DNA from: Phoronis australis
Taxonomy: Eukaryota > Animalia > Phoronida
NCBI GenBank assembly: GCA_002633005.1
Contig: NMRA01000797.1
Coordinates: 104,212-141,734 of the forward strand
Reading direction: 5' to 3'
Length of the DNA: 37,523 nt
In this document: piece after piece, positions 1 to 23,600 of the stretch
How the letters are laid out: each line of letters begins with the position of its first letter
Position numbering within the stretch: position 1 is the stretch's first letter
Program-made: the position numbers and the translations under genes
The notes under the pieces: model-generated
Database searches by the model: none
Seen by the model: only the letters and a program-made list of their open reading frames with translations
Told to the model about the DNA's origin: nothing

Positions 1-1920
1 CTTTCGTCAGACAACTCTTTGACGCCTTAACATGTTCTCTAATGTAATTTTCTACGTCTGTGTGGTTTAATTGTTGACACATTATTAAAATTCAATATCC
101 AGGTTGGACTCGAAAGACCGGCTATTTAACTCACGCAATGTCTACTTTCGCTTTGTTTATCGCAGTGAGCCTCGCTTTGGATTTTAATGTCCGCCGGAGG
201 GTTCAAATTGGAAGTTCGCGTCGTATGACATCGTATGACGTCATATGACGTAGGAGATGCGAGCCTCATTTGCATATATAAGTGACATCTGTTGGTTCAA
301 AAAAGAGGATCATGCCCGAGTACATGCCTGGGAAGAGGCATCTTTTTAAGGGTAAAACAAGTCATGTTCAAAGCATCCTAGTACCATTAATATGCAGTCT
401 TTGAGGACCAAAGTGGTGTCATTTTATAGCTAAAGGAATAAGCTTTCAAACACAATGCTTGGATTCCAGACGACTTTAACATTTACTTTTGAAATCACTT
501 TTGAATATCCGTTAAAATGCGCTAAAACAGTTGTCCCTTCCTGGTTATCTCTTCCTGGTTGTATGCTACATTCCAAGTTTTGTATGTTAACAAAGGAATT
601 GTCCCCGCCAGCTGTGAGTGTGATTCAATCATCCATGTGGTTTTGCAGTGAAAAATTAATTTTGGGACCAGCAACACACATTATCGAATCAGGGTCACCA
701 GTTTGTCGAGCAAAGTCGTGGACTAGAGGATGCATGCAATCAGGCAAAAAGAGAGCTGCATATTACCACAGTTACACAATATTCAGGATCACGTGTTGCT
801 GGTGAAGGGGTTGTTTTGAATCTAAGCGGCAAGTGTTGACTTTGTTACTTGGTGAGTCCATGCGCTGTAGCAAACCGTAATTCAGTAAATATTGATTGGT
901 CCAACGCTGGAAGACAGCCAACGTCAACCAGCATGCATCCTATTGATACACAAGTGACCGATACAAATATTGCTCAATTTTTTATTTAATTTGAGAGATG
1001 ATATAGAAATACGTTTATATTTCACAAGTGCTTTGTGATTTCAGAGTGTTATTTCTGGACGAAGGCAAGCATAACTTGCCTTAGACAAACTTCAGCGCAT
1101 TGATTTAATAGCATTGAAACCAGTGACAGACCATAATGCCTCATCGAGGATATAGCTACATGTACTTTTGACAGTGTCAGCGATGGTAACAATAACAACA
1201 TCTAAGAAAACCACACCAACAAATGTTCAGACAACGCCACTGATGAGATTTCAATAACAAACGCAATAGTATGTATGAAGAAAAAACGAATGTTGTTGCT
1301 TTGGCTTGCATTGAGGGCCTAGGGTCTTCTTTTACTGACTTACTTCATGATAATCTGACTTATATTTCATGTACCAAAACCAGTCCATGGATTAATGTAT
1401 TCAACAGTCCATTTCATACCTAGACTATTTGACTTCAAAATTGCCGTCTATTCACATGACACAGCAACATAAGTCTTACTTACAGCCAAAGCCCAACATT
1501 AAGCCAACAGAACATACACTCAACAATGGAGTATTTCTAAACACACCTTTTTACAAATTTGAGATAAACTCTCTAAGTATTAAATTCAACCCAACAAAAG
1601 CAGAGTAGCTCCAAGCTGGCCCTTCTTGACCAAAAGGGTGTCTGCACATTGTTTCTATAGCACTCCCCAGAGACAAAATTTGAAACAGTCAGGTGATCTG
1701 TCAAAATCTAAACATTTAAAATGGAAGCAACGCCTTCCACCATAAGTCAGGCTTTCAGTTAAGAAACATACTCTTGGGTACGTTGTTCATACAATGCAAA
1801 TTTGGTGAACACAGACCAGGGTTGCACTTCATTTCAATATGATTTCTCGTGGTCTTGGGTATGTGTAATGTACCCTTCAGGATATTAGGTGACTGCTTGA
1901 AATGTCCCTTCGAACGTTGA

Positions 1921-2470
1921 ATTTATTTATTTATTTAAACTTCTTTAAAAGACTGGGAGACAACTTCACTGATTTTCAAGTGGGCCCCGTCGGAAATAAT
2001 TACATGAAGTAAAATACAGAGAGCTTGTACAATTAGATTGAAAAGATTAGTAAATAAAGTACATTAGTATAAAATAAGTTAATGTGTACAATTAGATGAA
2101 TAAATAAGATAAAATAGAGTAAAATAGTGATGAGCTGAGGCCTACAGTCCCGAACCACGCACAAAGTCCCAGTCATTCAGTTTGAATACGTGGACATTGG
2201 GCGCATTCCCCGACAGCAGACCCCAGCCCGTTGTAAGCGACAGCACCTCTGTAGGCAAAGGCTCTTTTGCCACAGTTGTTTTTAGGTTCATCTGAAAATC
2301 TCTGACAGCTTTGAATTTAGTAGTGAGGTAATTAGGTTTGAGGCTATGTGTGGCTTTGTGCACCATAAAGTTTAAATGAAAGGCATGCCTGATAGGCAGA
2401 TTATCAAGTAGGTCAAACATAGGAAAGTCATTATGAAGGCCACTATAATTGAGTATCAGCCTGTGCAAGA
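1921..2470 (-). mobile_element. Degraded 3' end of an L2/CR1-type non-LTR retrotransposon
   Basis: Minus-strand ORF 2142-2468 (RLIL..MF..L..LPI...L..MVHK..H.L.P.YL...F) resembles the post-RT C-terminus of L2/CR1 ORF2; followed by a 3' UTR ending in a (TAAA)n tail at ~1921-1936. Confidence 0.55.
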
Positions 2471-2667
2471 TTCACCACGAAATTTCACCATTCAATAGTT
2501 ACCCATATTAAAATTGCCTGAACGATAATAATAGTATTTTTCAGGTAATTTACATCAAGAAAACTTTTTATTGGGATACAAGTTGGCCATATTCTGAATT
2601 CCAGCAACTTTCTGGGGATTAATTCCGAAAAATGTCCGTCTTCCACGATAACCTGCATTGTTGTGTG

Positions 2668-2776
2668 GGTAATAGTCTGATATAACGTGCCCGTATTTTG
2701 AGAACCAGTTTGAAGCCGTTATTTAGAGGAGAAAACTGGTTCTCAAAATGCTGGCACTTTATATCAGACTATTACC
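2668..2776. mobile_element. Hairpin MITE, 44-bp TIRs, 8-bp TSD (Merlin-like GG termini)
   Basis: 2668-2711 and 2733-2776 are reverse complements (3 mismatches in 44); flanks gttgtgtg / gttgtgcg (7/8 match). Confidence 0.75.
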
Positions 2777-3358
2777 GTTGTGCGCGATCACGCATGGTCT
2801 TGTGTCCCTCATCCAGAGTTTTCATGGGCTAACCATTAGGGATTTTATTCACTTTGTTTTTGTTTTGCTTTGGTTTTAAACTGTGATTGACAGCATATCC
2901 TCCACCCGTATCATGATTTCATGCTGTTACCAGAAAAATAAACGCAAGTAACTGAAGTATGAATTCATTTGCATTAGACATAAAAAAGAACATCTCTTGT
3001 TCGTGATTGTTTAAATTTGGTATCTGAAAACAAAAACATAGTTGGTTTTGCTCTGTGTTTTTTGAAAATCGAATTGGCGGCGGGTACTCGTTGTAATGGT
3101 TCTCTTTTCAAACAGCAAAAAAATCTTAAAGGCGAAGGCAATCTCTTTTCATATCATTTTTGTTAAAATAAGGTTCGTTGATTATATATATTACGTTATA
3201 TACATGTATATTATTATATGACGTTTAAGAAGTCAAGAATTTCGCGCCATTTGTTTTCATATAGTCTGACTGTGTGAGCTGTCGTGTCAGTCATTGTTCT
3301 ACCTGGGTAATTGCGATAAGTTTGGTCGTCGGTTGCTTTTGTTTACGAGTCAGTCAAC

Positions 3359-3900
3359 ATGCCGCACAGTTGCTGTGCACTCTTGATGTACCATTACATA
3401 GGCGGATATAGGGGGGCAGCCCCCCCCCCNGCAGCCCCCCCCCCACCATTAGCTGCCGCAATCAAAATGAAACAGCAACACCCTGAAGCGTGAGGAAATA
3501 TTGAGTTCTGGAATAAGGACCAGCAACGACCTCAGATTGCTGCGGAATCGTACTCCCGTTTTTTTTTCTTTGGTCCACCACTAATAGATTTTGTGACAGC
3601 AGGTCCACAACCCCGGCCCCCGCAACTATCGGGCCACCTCTGTACATGCAATAGCGCTTTGCCCAATTCCCCGATGCAACGTGTGGCCCTCCCTTATGGT
3701 TTCCTAGATCCGCCACTGCATTACATTGCTTTAAGGAAGATGACACACTTCGTAGCACGTGGCTCGTTCGTGTGAAGAACGCAGCGTTACCCGTCCATAC
3801 AACGTCTGCAGTCGGATTACAAAAGAGATATGTACGCTGAATAGATGAATGTCCCTACAAAACAGCGCCTGAAGAAGGGCGCCACAACATCGGTGTTGAT
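3359..3900 (+). pseudogene. Degenerate THAP-domain relic (DNA-transposon derived), interrupted by a MITE
   Basis: ATG 3359 MPHSCCA; after the insertion DDTLRSTWLVRVK, VCSR and QRLKKGATTSVL in shifting frames, in THAP motif order (MPxxC, LRxxW, CSxHF, RLKxxAVP). Confidence 0.5.
3397..3718. mobile_element. Short non-autonomous DNA element with CA..TG ends and 5-bp TSD
   Basis: Ends CATAGGCGGATATAGG / CCTAGATCCGCCACTG; CATTA duplicated on both sides (3392-3396, 3719-3723). A related copy is at ~11787-11901. Confidence 0.6.
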
Positions 3901-4109
3901 TCCCCGGCAGTGCCCCGTCGCCACCCTCGAGAAGTGCAGTTTTGAAGCGAGAAGCTTCACGAGCTGTGGCGATAAAAAATAAACATTTAGAATAGCAAAA
4001 TTTGCCAACAGAAAGATTCCGAATAGCAGTTGCAACTGATTCAGAAATGTGGAGCAAACACCGCATCGTCCAGCGATGACCGTCATCTTCCCTCAGTCAA
4101 CCCTTCAGG

Positions 4110-4606
4110 AGACCTACGATATTAACTTGCATTGACAATTGGAATTCCTTACTATCAAAAATAACAGAAAGCATTTCAATCGTCACTCTCAACTTAACTT
4201 AAACTTCCTACCATTACTCAAGACCTGCCAGTTCCATTGACGTCATTCCAACTTCCTCGCAACCATGAAATAATCCTATACATGTACATATCAAAATCCA
4301 AACTATATACTATTTAGGCATAATTTTAATAGTATTTCACCTCTGTGTTCCTGTGGAGACACTCAGACATATCGTCATAATTTGTTTTGCACGTGCGGTA
4401 CGCAAGGAGCAGATGGTACAGCTTTTCCACACACTCGAACAATACTCCAATGTTTACAAAAAAGATTCAGATATTCCTCAATGTATAACAAAAGTACTTT
4501 TTTTCTAAATGGATGTAAAGAACTCGACCCAAAAGAAAATAAGGTTTTATTCGAAATAGTATCAAAATTTCTTTTTAATATTGAATCTCTTTGTGTGAGT
4601 CGGTAA
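4110..4606 (+). mobile_element. Degraded LINE ORF2 C-terminus with zinc-knuckle remnant
   Basis: WNSL, then LFRHN...PLCSCGDTQTYRHNLFCTC (CxCG..H..C knuckle) and FLNG...ENKVLFEIVSKFL, typical of non-LTR retrotransposon ORF2 ends; disrupted frames. Confidence 0.6.
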
Positions 4607-4960
4607 AATTGTATACACGTAAAATAAGTTATTGTGTGGAAATGATTTATTTACATTCGTAATCATATGTCATTGTAATCTTAACATCAGTTTCTTAATT
4701 TATGTATTTGTGTATAATAATTGTATACAAATTTCTTTGTATTTATTTAACACTATGCCTCTTGGCGTTTTTTGGTTCTGTGTATTCATTGTACTGAATA
4801 TTTCATAATAACCACTTAAAAATGACCGCCAGGAACAAGTAGACATCATTTTCCTACAACGGAGACGATCCGTGACCATGTAACACTAGAGAGGTAGTTC
4901 AACTGCTTACATGTAACTGCCACGAGGTATGAACTACTTCAGCGTACCCTTTTGCATAAC

Positions 4961-5206
4961 CATGCGCGCACCCAGGGGGCTCTGAGGGCTCGAAGGAGCC
5001 CCTCCCCCATTTGGCGAAGTGGGCAAAAAGGTACGCCTCAGAGAAACAAAAAGTCCGAGAAAACGTGACAAAAACAAAAGTCCACTAAAAAGGCGCGAAT
5101 GCACAATTCATATCTCTGAACATGGTACCCCATTTTTAGTCCCCGTATTTTTGTTAGTAAAAGGTCCACATCGAACCCCCTATATTTTAGACTGGGTGCG
5201 TGCATG
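4961..5206. mobile_element. MITE in the proximal upstream region of gene copy A
   Basis: 15-bp TIRs CATGCGCGCACCCAG / CTGGGTGCGTGCATG (1 mismatch); ATAAC TSD at 4956-4960 and 5207-5211; homologous empty site upstream of copy B (~20300-20335). Confidence 0.85.
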
Positions 5207-5381
5207 ATAACGGTTAGAACTTGCGTACAAGGAAATTTACAAAAGTAAGTGACGATGTGCGAAACACCATGAACCAATAGGTGGCGAGTGGAAATTTTAT
5301 ATAATTTTATATAATTTTAGTATAACAGGCGAATGAGGGTCGACAGGTGCCATTTTGTCAGTGACTAGTCTGGTGGTTAAG

Positions 5382-16520
<11,139 letters not shown>

Positions 16521-16790
16521 TTATTCCGTAAAGCGGCTTCCGCAGTTCTGTGCTGGGAACAATGTCTACCTTCGTACGACAGCTATTTCCTACATAAAAT
16601 TGTGTTAAGTAAAGTTCAAAACTTGAACTTCGGCGTGGAAATCTCAATTTAAGCTGTACCTACTATCAAAATTTCGGGAAATAGAACTGACTAATCTTTC
16701 CGATTGGGTTGTTTTATTTATCGTGAATAACAAAAAAGAAGTACTTAGCAACTGTAGCCGTCCTTGCAAAGATCTTTTATACCAAGAAGT

Positions 16791-16796
16791 AATAAA
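16791..16796 (+). promoter_or_regulatory. Candidate polyadenylation signal of copy A
   Basis: AATAAA ~270 nt after the stop, just beyond the 3' UTR block shared with copy B. Confidence 0.4.
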
Positions 16797-17124
16797 AAGT
16801 GATCAAAATAAAGACAACTTCCGTTAAATGGTAGCGAAGGTATCCTATTATTTTTAAATTCTGAATAGATTTTCCATCCCAACCTGGGCTTTGTTCCCTG
16901 AAAAGTGACTTAAGACGTAAAACAGAAATTTATGAAAAAATAATTTACAGTGTAAACTGAATTAAGCAAAATAATATATGTGACATACCCGTAATTGTTA
17001 ATCTGTACAAATCATTCCCAGGCAGTAATAGTTATAACTTAGAATAAACCTTTATTTAGCCATTGTGAAATGGGAGTGTAAGACCAAATTTTTGTCGCAA
17101 GTCGTCAGTCACTTTTCATGAAAC

Positions 17125-17562
17125 GGACCCCAGTGGCCGGTTCCATGAAGCAGTCCCAAATAGGGACTCAACTAAATCTTCTGTGTATTTTTGGACTTGT
17201 GAAACCATCGATTGCCCTTTCTTGTATTGTTTTAGTTTCATTACTAAGTCAATTTTTGACTTTGAGACAAATCGAGAGTGCACTCTACGTTGAATTGTCA
17301 ATATTGTCGAAAATAAGTAGTGATCTTTTCTTGCAACATCCCCAATTTAAGGACTAAGTCTTTATATTTTTTAATAAATTCTGGGCTCAGTTTTTAGTTA
17401 TGTTATTAAAAAATGTCAGTAATCAAAGAGGAGCTCATAATAAAGATGAAATGATAGAAAAATATTGCATCACTGAGGCCATAAAAACAATACGCAAGAA
17501 GATTTAGGGACCTTAATTGAGTCCCTATTTGGGCCTGTTTCATGTAACCGGCCACTGGGTCC
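17125..17562. mobile_element. MITE with ~50-bp TIRs (Harbinger-like ends)
   Basis: ggaccccagtggccggttccatgaagcagtcccaaatagggactcaa matches the reverse complement of ~17516-17562 with few mismatches. Confidence 0.8.
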
Positions 17563-17815
17563 TAATCTAGAAACTTCGCACGGCTAGGGATGAAACTCTT
17601 TTCACACTTGGATCTTTCTAGATCACAAGGCACGACTTAGATATGGCGCGATACTCAAGAAAAGAATTTTACCAGCAAAATGATTAAAGTGTCGCTACCA
17701 TCGATCGGATTTCTTAAGTAGCTTTTAAAGTTAGTAGAAAGCCCACGAAACTATATATTTTTAAAATCCTTGGTAACCACAGAATCTGCTTATGTACACG
17801 AAAGCAATGCCCATT

Positions 17816-18236
17816 GGCCTGTTTCATAAGACGTAAGACAGATTTGATCATATTAACAAAATAAAATAAAGGGTAAGCAATGTAGTTATTTGCATACCAT
17901 TGCCTGGAAATACTTTATGTGAAATTTCTAACTAGGTAGCAGTTATGGTTACATTCTCAGATATTTTGTATTTCCGTGAAAGAGAATTTAAATTAGATTT
18001 ACTTTTAGAATGGAGTGTAAGATCACATTTATTTTCGAGGAGGTCTACAATTTTTCCACTACCTCTAATTGTTTTAGCCCGAAAATTTCTGGCAGATACC
18101 AAGACTTCCGTTTTGTTCAAGGAATGTTGGCGTTGTTAGGATGTCCAGGGTCAATAGACTAGCGTATTTTTGTGAAAATAAAACTAAGTGAAAAATATTC
18201 TCGTAAGAAAGTCGAAGATTTTTATGAAAAGGCTCC
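17816..18236. mobile_element. Degenerate related MITE
   Basis: Ends ggcctgtttcataa / ttatgaaaaggctcc; internal ggagtgtaaga motif also at ~17073. Confidence 0.4.
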
Positions 18237-18540
18237 GAAAACTGTTGACACATTTTGTCTAAGACACGTCTGTGCAATTCAGTTTGTCTTTTCGTACTTT
18301 GTCCGTGCTTCAATGACAACTAAGTATCAGTGCATGGTTTACCCTTTGAGGGTCCTGTCCAGGATATCGTTGTTAGGCCTGGTTTACGTTTTTGCAACAT
18401 AGGTCATCTAAACGCACTTGAAAACGTGCATTTAATCATTCATACATGTATTTCGAAAATCAAGAAAATTGTAAATTCAACAAGACAATTTTTCGAATCC
18501 AAAACTATATTTTTCCAGAGGTCCCTCTCTGGCAAATTAT

Positions 18541-19255
18541 AACGAAGAAAAACGCCTGAACCTACCGCTTCAAATAGGCTTCTTTGTTTATTGGCACGCG
18601 AAGAGTTTTACTACGACTTCATGTTAACATTCGCCGACAGATCTGCCTCCCGTTCAGTAACGCTAGGACCTCGCGTGAGATATTGCCGTGTATTTTAAGT
18701 GAGAACACGTGACTTTAGCTAGATTTTAGTTAGGTCCTAGCGTAGGTCCTAGCTTTACTGAACGCACGCCCGATTTCGAATATTGCGAGATGGACACAGA
18801 CTCGACGTACATGGCTATATCTGGTAACTGTCTAGAGGACGTGATTAAATCCGACATGCGAGCAGCTTTCAAGAGGAAAAACATCTCTGTTTACCGCGAA
18901 CAGACACGGAAGAAAACGAGGGCTACGACACGCACACGACTGGTTTACTGAAGTTGGAATTCGAAGGGAACTACTGTATCGCGCTTTGCTCTAAAATGTA
19001 TTACGTCGGAGCCTCCGGACGACGGTAAATCTCATTTTAGCTGTAAATTTGTACACCGGCAGAGAAATGAAATCGACAAAGCGAGGTATCTCAAAGTGAT
19101 GCAGACCACGAAGAGTAGCTCAGCCCTCAACAAAGGATTTCGGTTAGGCGTCGATTACACCATGTATACCCATCTGCAAGAGAGGTGCGCATTCACCTAC
19201 TTTTATCCCAAAAGTGTTCGACGACGGCGTCAGCACTGGACCTTTGAACGTTTAA
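18541..19255 (+). mobile_element. Pseudogenised family-B DNA polymerase C-terminus of Polinton/Maverick-like element
   Basis: LNLPLQIGFFVYWHAK, EFYYDFMLTFADRS, YCEMDTDSTYMAISG (DTDS motif, 18781-18825), GLLKLEFEG, IALCSKMYY, NKGFR, FTYFYPK, DGVSTGPLNV*; multiple frameshifts. Confidence 0.82.
18651..18764. mobile_element. MITE inserted in the PolB relic
   Basis: 21-bp TIRs CGTTCAGTAACGCTAGGACCT / AGGTCCTAGCTTTACTGAACG (1 mismatch) splitting DRS|DFEY. Confidence 0.8.
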
Positions 19256-20486
19256 TTCGGGACATTTAATAAATACTGTTTTACGGATAACGGTGTCTGA
19301 ACGTCTGGATGATTCTTGTAGTGCATTCGAATGTACTTTGTTATTAATACACCTTTAAAAATATTAAGTTTATTTTTCTATTTTAGGTGGTCACATCTAA
19401 TTATTTGTGTTATTAATTTAGTACCGTCGGTAACTGGATTAGATATACGCGACATCTGTCGTTGAGTTAGGTGGTTATCCCTTTATCGTCTTTCATGGGT
19501 TATACGCGACATCTGTTGTTGAGAGATGAGAGGGTGCGACTTCTGTTGTTGAGAGATGAGAGAGAACCAAGGGTATACTAAAACGACGACACGTGGCGCA
19601 AGCGAAATAATGTAATCTACCTTCTGTTCTTATTCAGTACGCAGCGTAATCCCTATTTTGTTTCGGCTCTCGATCAGTTGAACTCTACAAACACAACGTA
19701 GTCAACGTCTTTTTAGTGTCAGAACATCTGGGTGGTGGACGGTGCCACGCCTGATCATTTCAGCAGTCACGTGATTTCCAATTCGACCTCGTCTTCTTTC
19801 TGGTTTACCGACGTTCCCCGCTTACACGCATGACCTCGACCTTGGATCGAGGTCCCTTTCCAACGAGTCCAATTAAACCTATTACGTAATGAAGTGTCCC
19901 TTCCGGTTGCATCCATCACACGTGACCGTTGACGTTTCATTTCGGATTGATGACATTTGACCCAGGCGCCTCATACACGGGTCTCCTAAACAACTTTCTA
20001 TACCAGTGGGGGGACAGGTGTGCCCTCGCGAGATTTGATCGATAGCAGCATTCCAAACAGTGAAAAGAGGAAACCTGCCACCTTCATATCTACTGAGTGA
20101 ATGATACTCCACCGTTCCTAAAGAAGGGAACGGGACGCCCCGAGGACTTAAGAATGTTTAGTAAGTATCATAGTCCGGTTGAACAGGTTTAAATTTTCTT
20201 TTATTATAAACATTTCCGGATTATTTAGTAGAATGAATTGCAGTATAATAGAGTAGAGCGGAACCTTCCATGGCGACATTTGAGTACGAAATACTTTTAT
20301 GTACGCTTTTACAAAACGGTTAGAACTTGTGCTCAAGGTAATCCACAGACCAACGAAGATGTGCGGAACCCCAAGGTGGCGAGTGGAAATCTTGTGCGTT
20401 CCCACACAGATAAACCGACGGGTTAGTTTAACAAGTGAATGGGGGAAGACAGGTGCCATACTTCAGTGACCAGACTGGTGGTAAAG

Positions 20487-20617
20487 ATGTTGTTTGCTCT
20501 TGTCATAGTGGTGGTCCTGGTGGGGTTCTGCAATGGTCATTCGTGGCTCACGTGCACTGACTATCTAGAGGAGAATGGCGAGTATTGGAGCTCGAGTTTA
20601 TGCAGGGCATACCCGAG
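20487..20617 (+). CDS. Copy B exon 1: signal peptide + N-terminal His
   Basis: MLFALVIVVVLVGFCNG|HSWLTCTDYLEENGEYWSSSLCRAYP(R)|gtgaga. Confidence 0.9.
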
Positions 20618-23600
20618 GTGAGACGGCGGCTGTTCATTGTGATTCTTAAGTGTAATGTGACGGTAGCTTTTTCTGGCTTCATGTGTATGGTGGCTTGCAT
20701 GCAAAATATCCTCAAATGCAAAAATACGGTCACCATTTTGAAGTATACGGGTAGAAAAGTGTGAAATCGTGTTGTCTGTTGATAACATAGATCGGTAGAT
20801 CGGTTTTGTTCAATACACACCGTGTTCAAGCAGTCGCCATTTTAAAAGTGACACTCTTTTTAGGTTTTAAAAACTATACATCTTGCGCGATTTTGCGCGA
20901 TGAGCAAAGCGTGATTTTTTCGCGTGCTTCTTTATATTCATGTCTCAAATGAATTGTTTTTTAAACCGAAAATGAGGCTCACTACTAAAATGGCGACTGC
21001 AAAAATAAGGTCTATTAGGTTCAACAGGTGCGGGCTTTATGCACCGACCGTGGACTCGAACACTTACAAACCGCCAGTTTTCTCTGAGTGCAGACACTTT
21101 CTATCCGCTCAGTTAGGAAAAGCAGAGATCTATTGATGGCAGTAAGTTTTCTAAATCGAAAGTTAGTTTAATATTTGACAAAACTGTGGTGTGGAGTCGC
21201 TTTAAGCAAATAATTTTTTTACGAATTTCAAATTAATACCGGAGATTTCCAAGAGAACCTGCTTAATAATTTTTTTAAAAAGTGAAAAAGAATTTTGGCT
21301 TTTGCTAATGCAGGCTTCCAGATAACCTGAGTCGCATCATTCGTCCTTTGGAACTATATTATACTTCTTGCTTGTGACTTTCGTTGAAGTAGCTAACCAG
21401 TCTGCAAAAGCTGGCCATGTCATCCATGTTCAACCGGCGGTAGAAGTTAGTATGAACTAAGGCTGTAGGCGAGTAATGATTACGTTATAGCCTCAGATTT
21501 AAAAATAGACTTTTATAAAAACTGAAAGATTTAGAATGACAGTTTCATAAACTGAAGTAATCTCTTTATATTTTGCCCGATATGACTATTCAGACTGCGA
21601 TCACACTCCGACGTTCTGCGAGCTTATTAAAAAGAAAATTTCCTTAGACATCTTTCTAACCAGTGGACTGTTTGTAAGGAGACCATTCATATTTCTAAGA
21701 GCAAATACTTTCGTTCGGATACTCCTCGAACACGAATACATATGCATGGTGGAGGCACAAAATGCCCATGTAAATCTAGTCGAAATTCGCCAACCAAAGC
21801 TGTAGTAATCTTTCATTCTTTCAAAAGTATGTTATGTATCTGACGGTACCAGTGCAATTTGACACGTCATATATTTAGGCGTTTCAATTGCACCCCAAAC
21901 CCCCACTCACTCCAGATTCGGGTAAAACTTAGAGAAAATTCTGTCGAAGCAAGAAAAAATCTGACAGTGTTTTAGGAAAGGGTGTAATCGGTGGCTACCA
22001 GGGAAGGGTAAAATTAGTGGCGACGAAAGTTAAATTGGTGGTGACCATAATTCCCCTACCTCAATATTCAGGCAAAGCTATTTCATATGCCCCCTCTCCC
22101 GCCCCCGAACAGCCACGTCCAGATACACCTATGGCCAAAGGGCTAATTTTTACGTCATCATTATGCAGGACTAGTCACAAATGAATAGAACCTGTTTTGG
22201 ATGACAACGTCCATTTTTCATGGTCAGATATCAACCCGATGGAGGAATGACGTCTTAGCTGGATAGAGTAAGAACAAATCTTTGTCAACAATGCTAACCA
22301 GCAGTGCGGAACAAGACAACATCTCAAACAACCGAGTTTTAATCTACTGTATTTCTTTATTTCTTTACCGTCAGCAGTTCTAATGCGCCTTTGATGACAT
22401 ATAGCATTTTGTACAAATTTGAGAATATTAAAATAAAATCATGTGTCAATTCTACAATTCACTTCAAAGTGACGTTATCGGCGACGACCTTGAGTACATG
22501 TACATGAGATCATCCCAAAAAAGGATTCAAACCCATTGCTGTAGCTAGTGGTCGCAGTCAGGCGCGATGCTAGATTTGAAACCCAAGGTGGCGGGATTTT
22601 CTGCAGACAAGTCCGGTGCTTATATTCGGAATTTCTCGGATTAGAAAATGAAAGTCAAATCCTAATATACGCCCGGGCGTATATTTACAGGTGACGAATT
22701 ACTGTAGCCGGCTCGCAAATTGAAATCAAGAGATGTATGATTGTTGGAAATTTACTTTAGTTTTGGTCTTATTGTTAATTTCTTATGACATTGGAAAAAT
22801 TTCAGGATTTAGCCGTGCATATTTTCCCAGATTTATGCCATGAACTTATTTCTCGAGAATTCTCCTTATGTACATGTAGCTTCATTGGGCGTATTTAAAC
22901 ACGGGACTGATTGACGAAAACTCCGCTTATGAAAACACAAAAGATTATTTTTTGTTTTATAGGCCAAAGCCGCTAATAAAAACGTATTTTTCAACTTCAA
23001 AACTGATTGTGTCTCTGTAATGGAAGACAAGCGAGAACTTTGCCCCGCGTAATCAACGACTTTTTCAGCTCAGCTAGTTTCGATGCAGCTTTTCAGTTAG
23101 GTTAAAACTGACAAATAAAACCGTACACAAAACAAACGTCCTTTAAACGAACACTCTTCCTAGAGCAAACGTCATTCTTTTGCCATTTTAGGCGCTGGCT
23201 TTCAGCGCCGTCACCTGTTGGCCATTTTTTCGCCGTTTCTTCAATCAGCTGTCAAGTTCATCTTCCACAAGGTTGCGTACACGTCACAACAAATCATCGG
23301 AACAGGTTTCACTTCTTTATAAGGTTTTAGTATTTTAATGACCACAAATCGAATTTCAGAACAAAATTGCTTCGGCGAAGCTATCCTCATCTCCCGAAAG
23401 ATGTCGCAAAAATTATCAAATAGCGCGTGCACGTTTCATTAGTGTGCTGTTTCAAACTTCTTTGCTGCAACAAAATGCCATATTCGCTTAAACGGCTGTA
23501 ATGAGCAAGGTGAGAGTCGATAAACTTCCAGATTTTGCGTGCTCTCCCCCCGTTCGCTAGCTGACTTGTTGATACAAGGTTCACGATGAGTTGGCGGAGC

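Noticed and set aside
219-280. Tandem TATGACGTC/CRE and octamer ATTTGCAT motifs as a promoter
   Set aside because: No associated gene start; more likely part of an interspersed repeat.
455-1420. ORF 455-805 and possible P-element-like transposase traces
   Set aside because: No recognisable motif or consistent frame; cannot be supported without a search.
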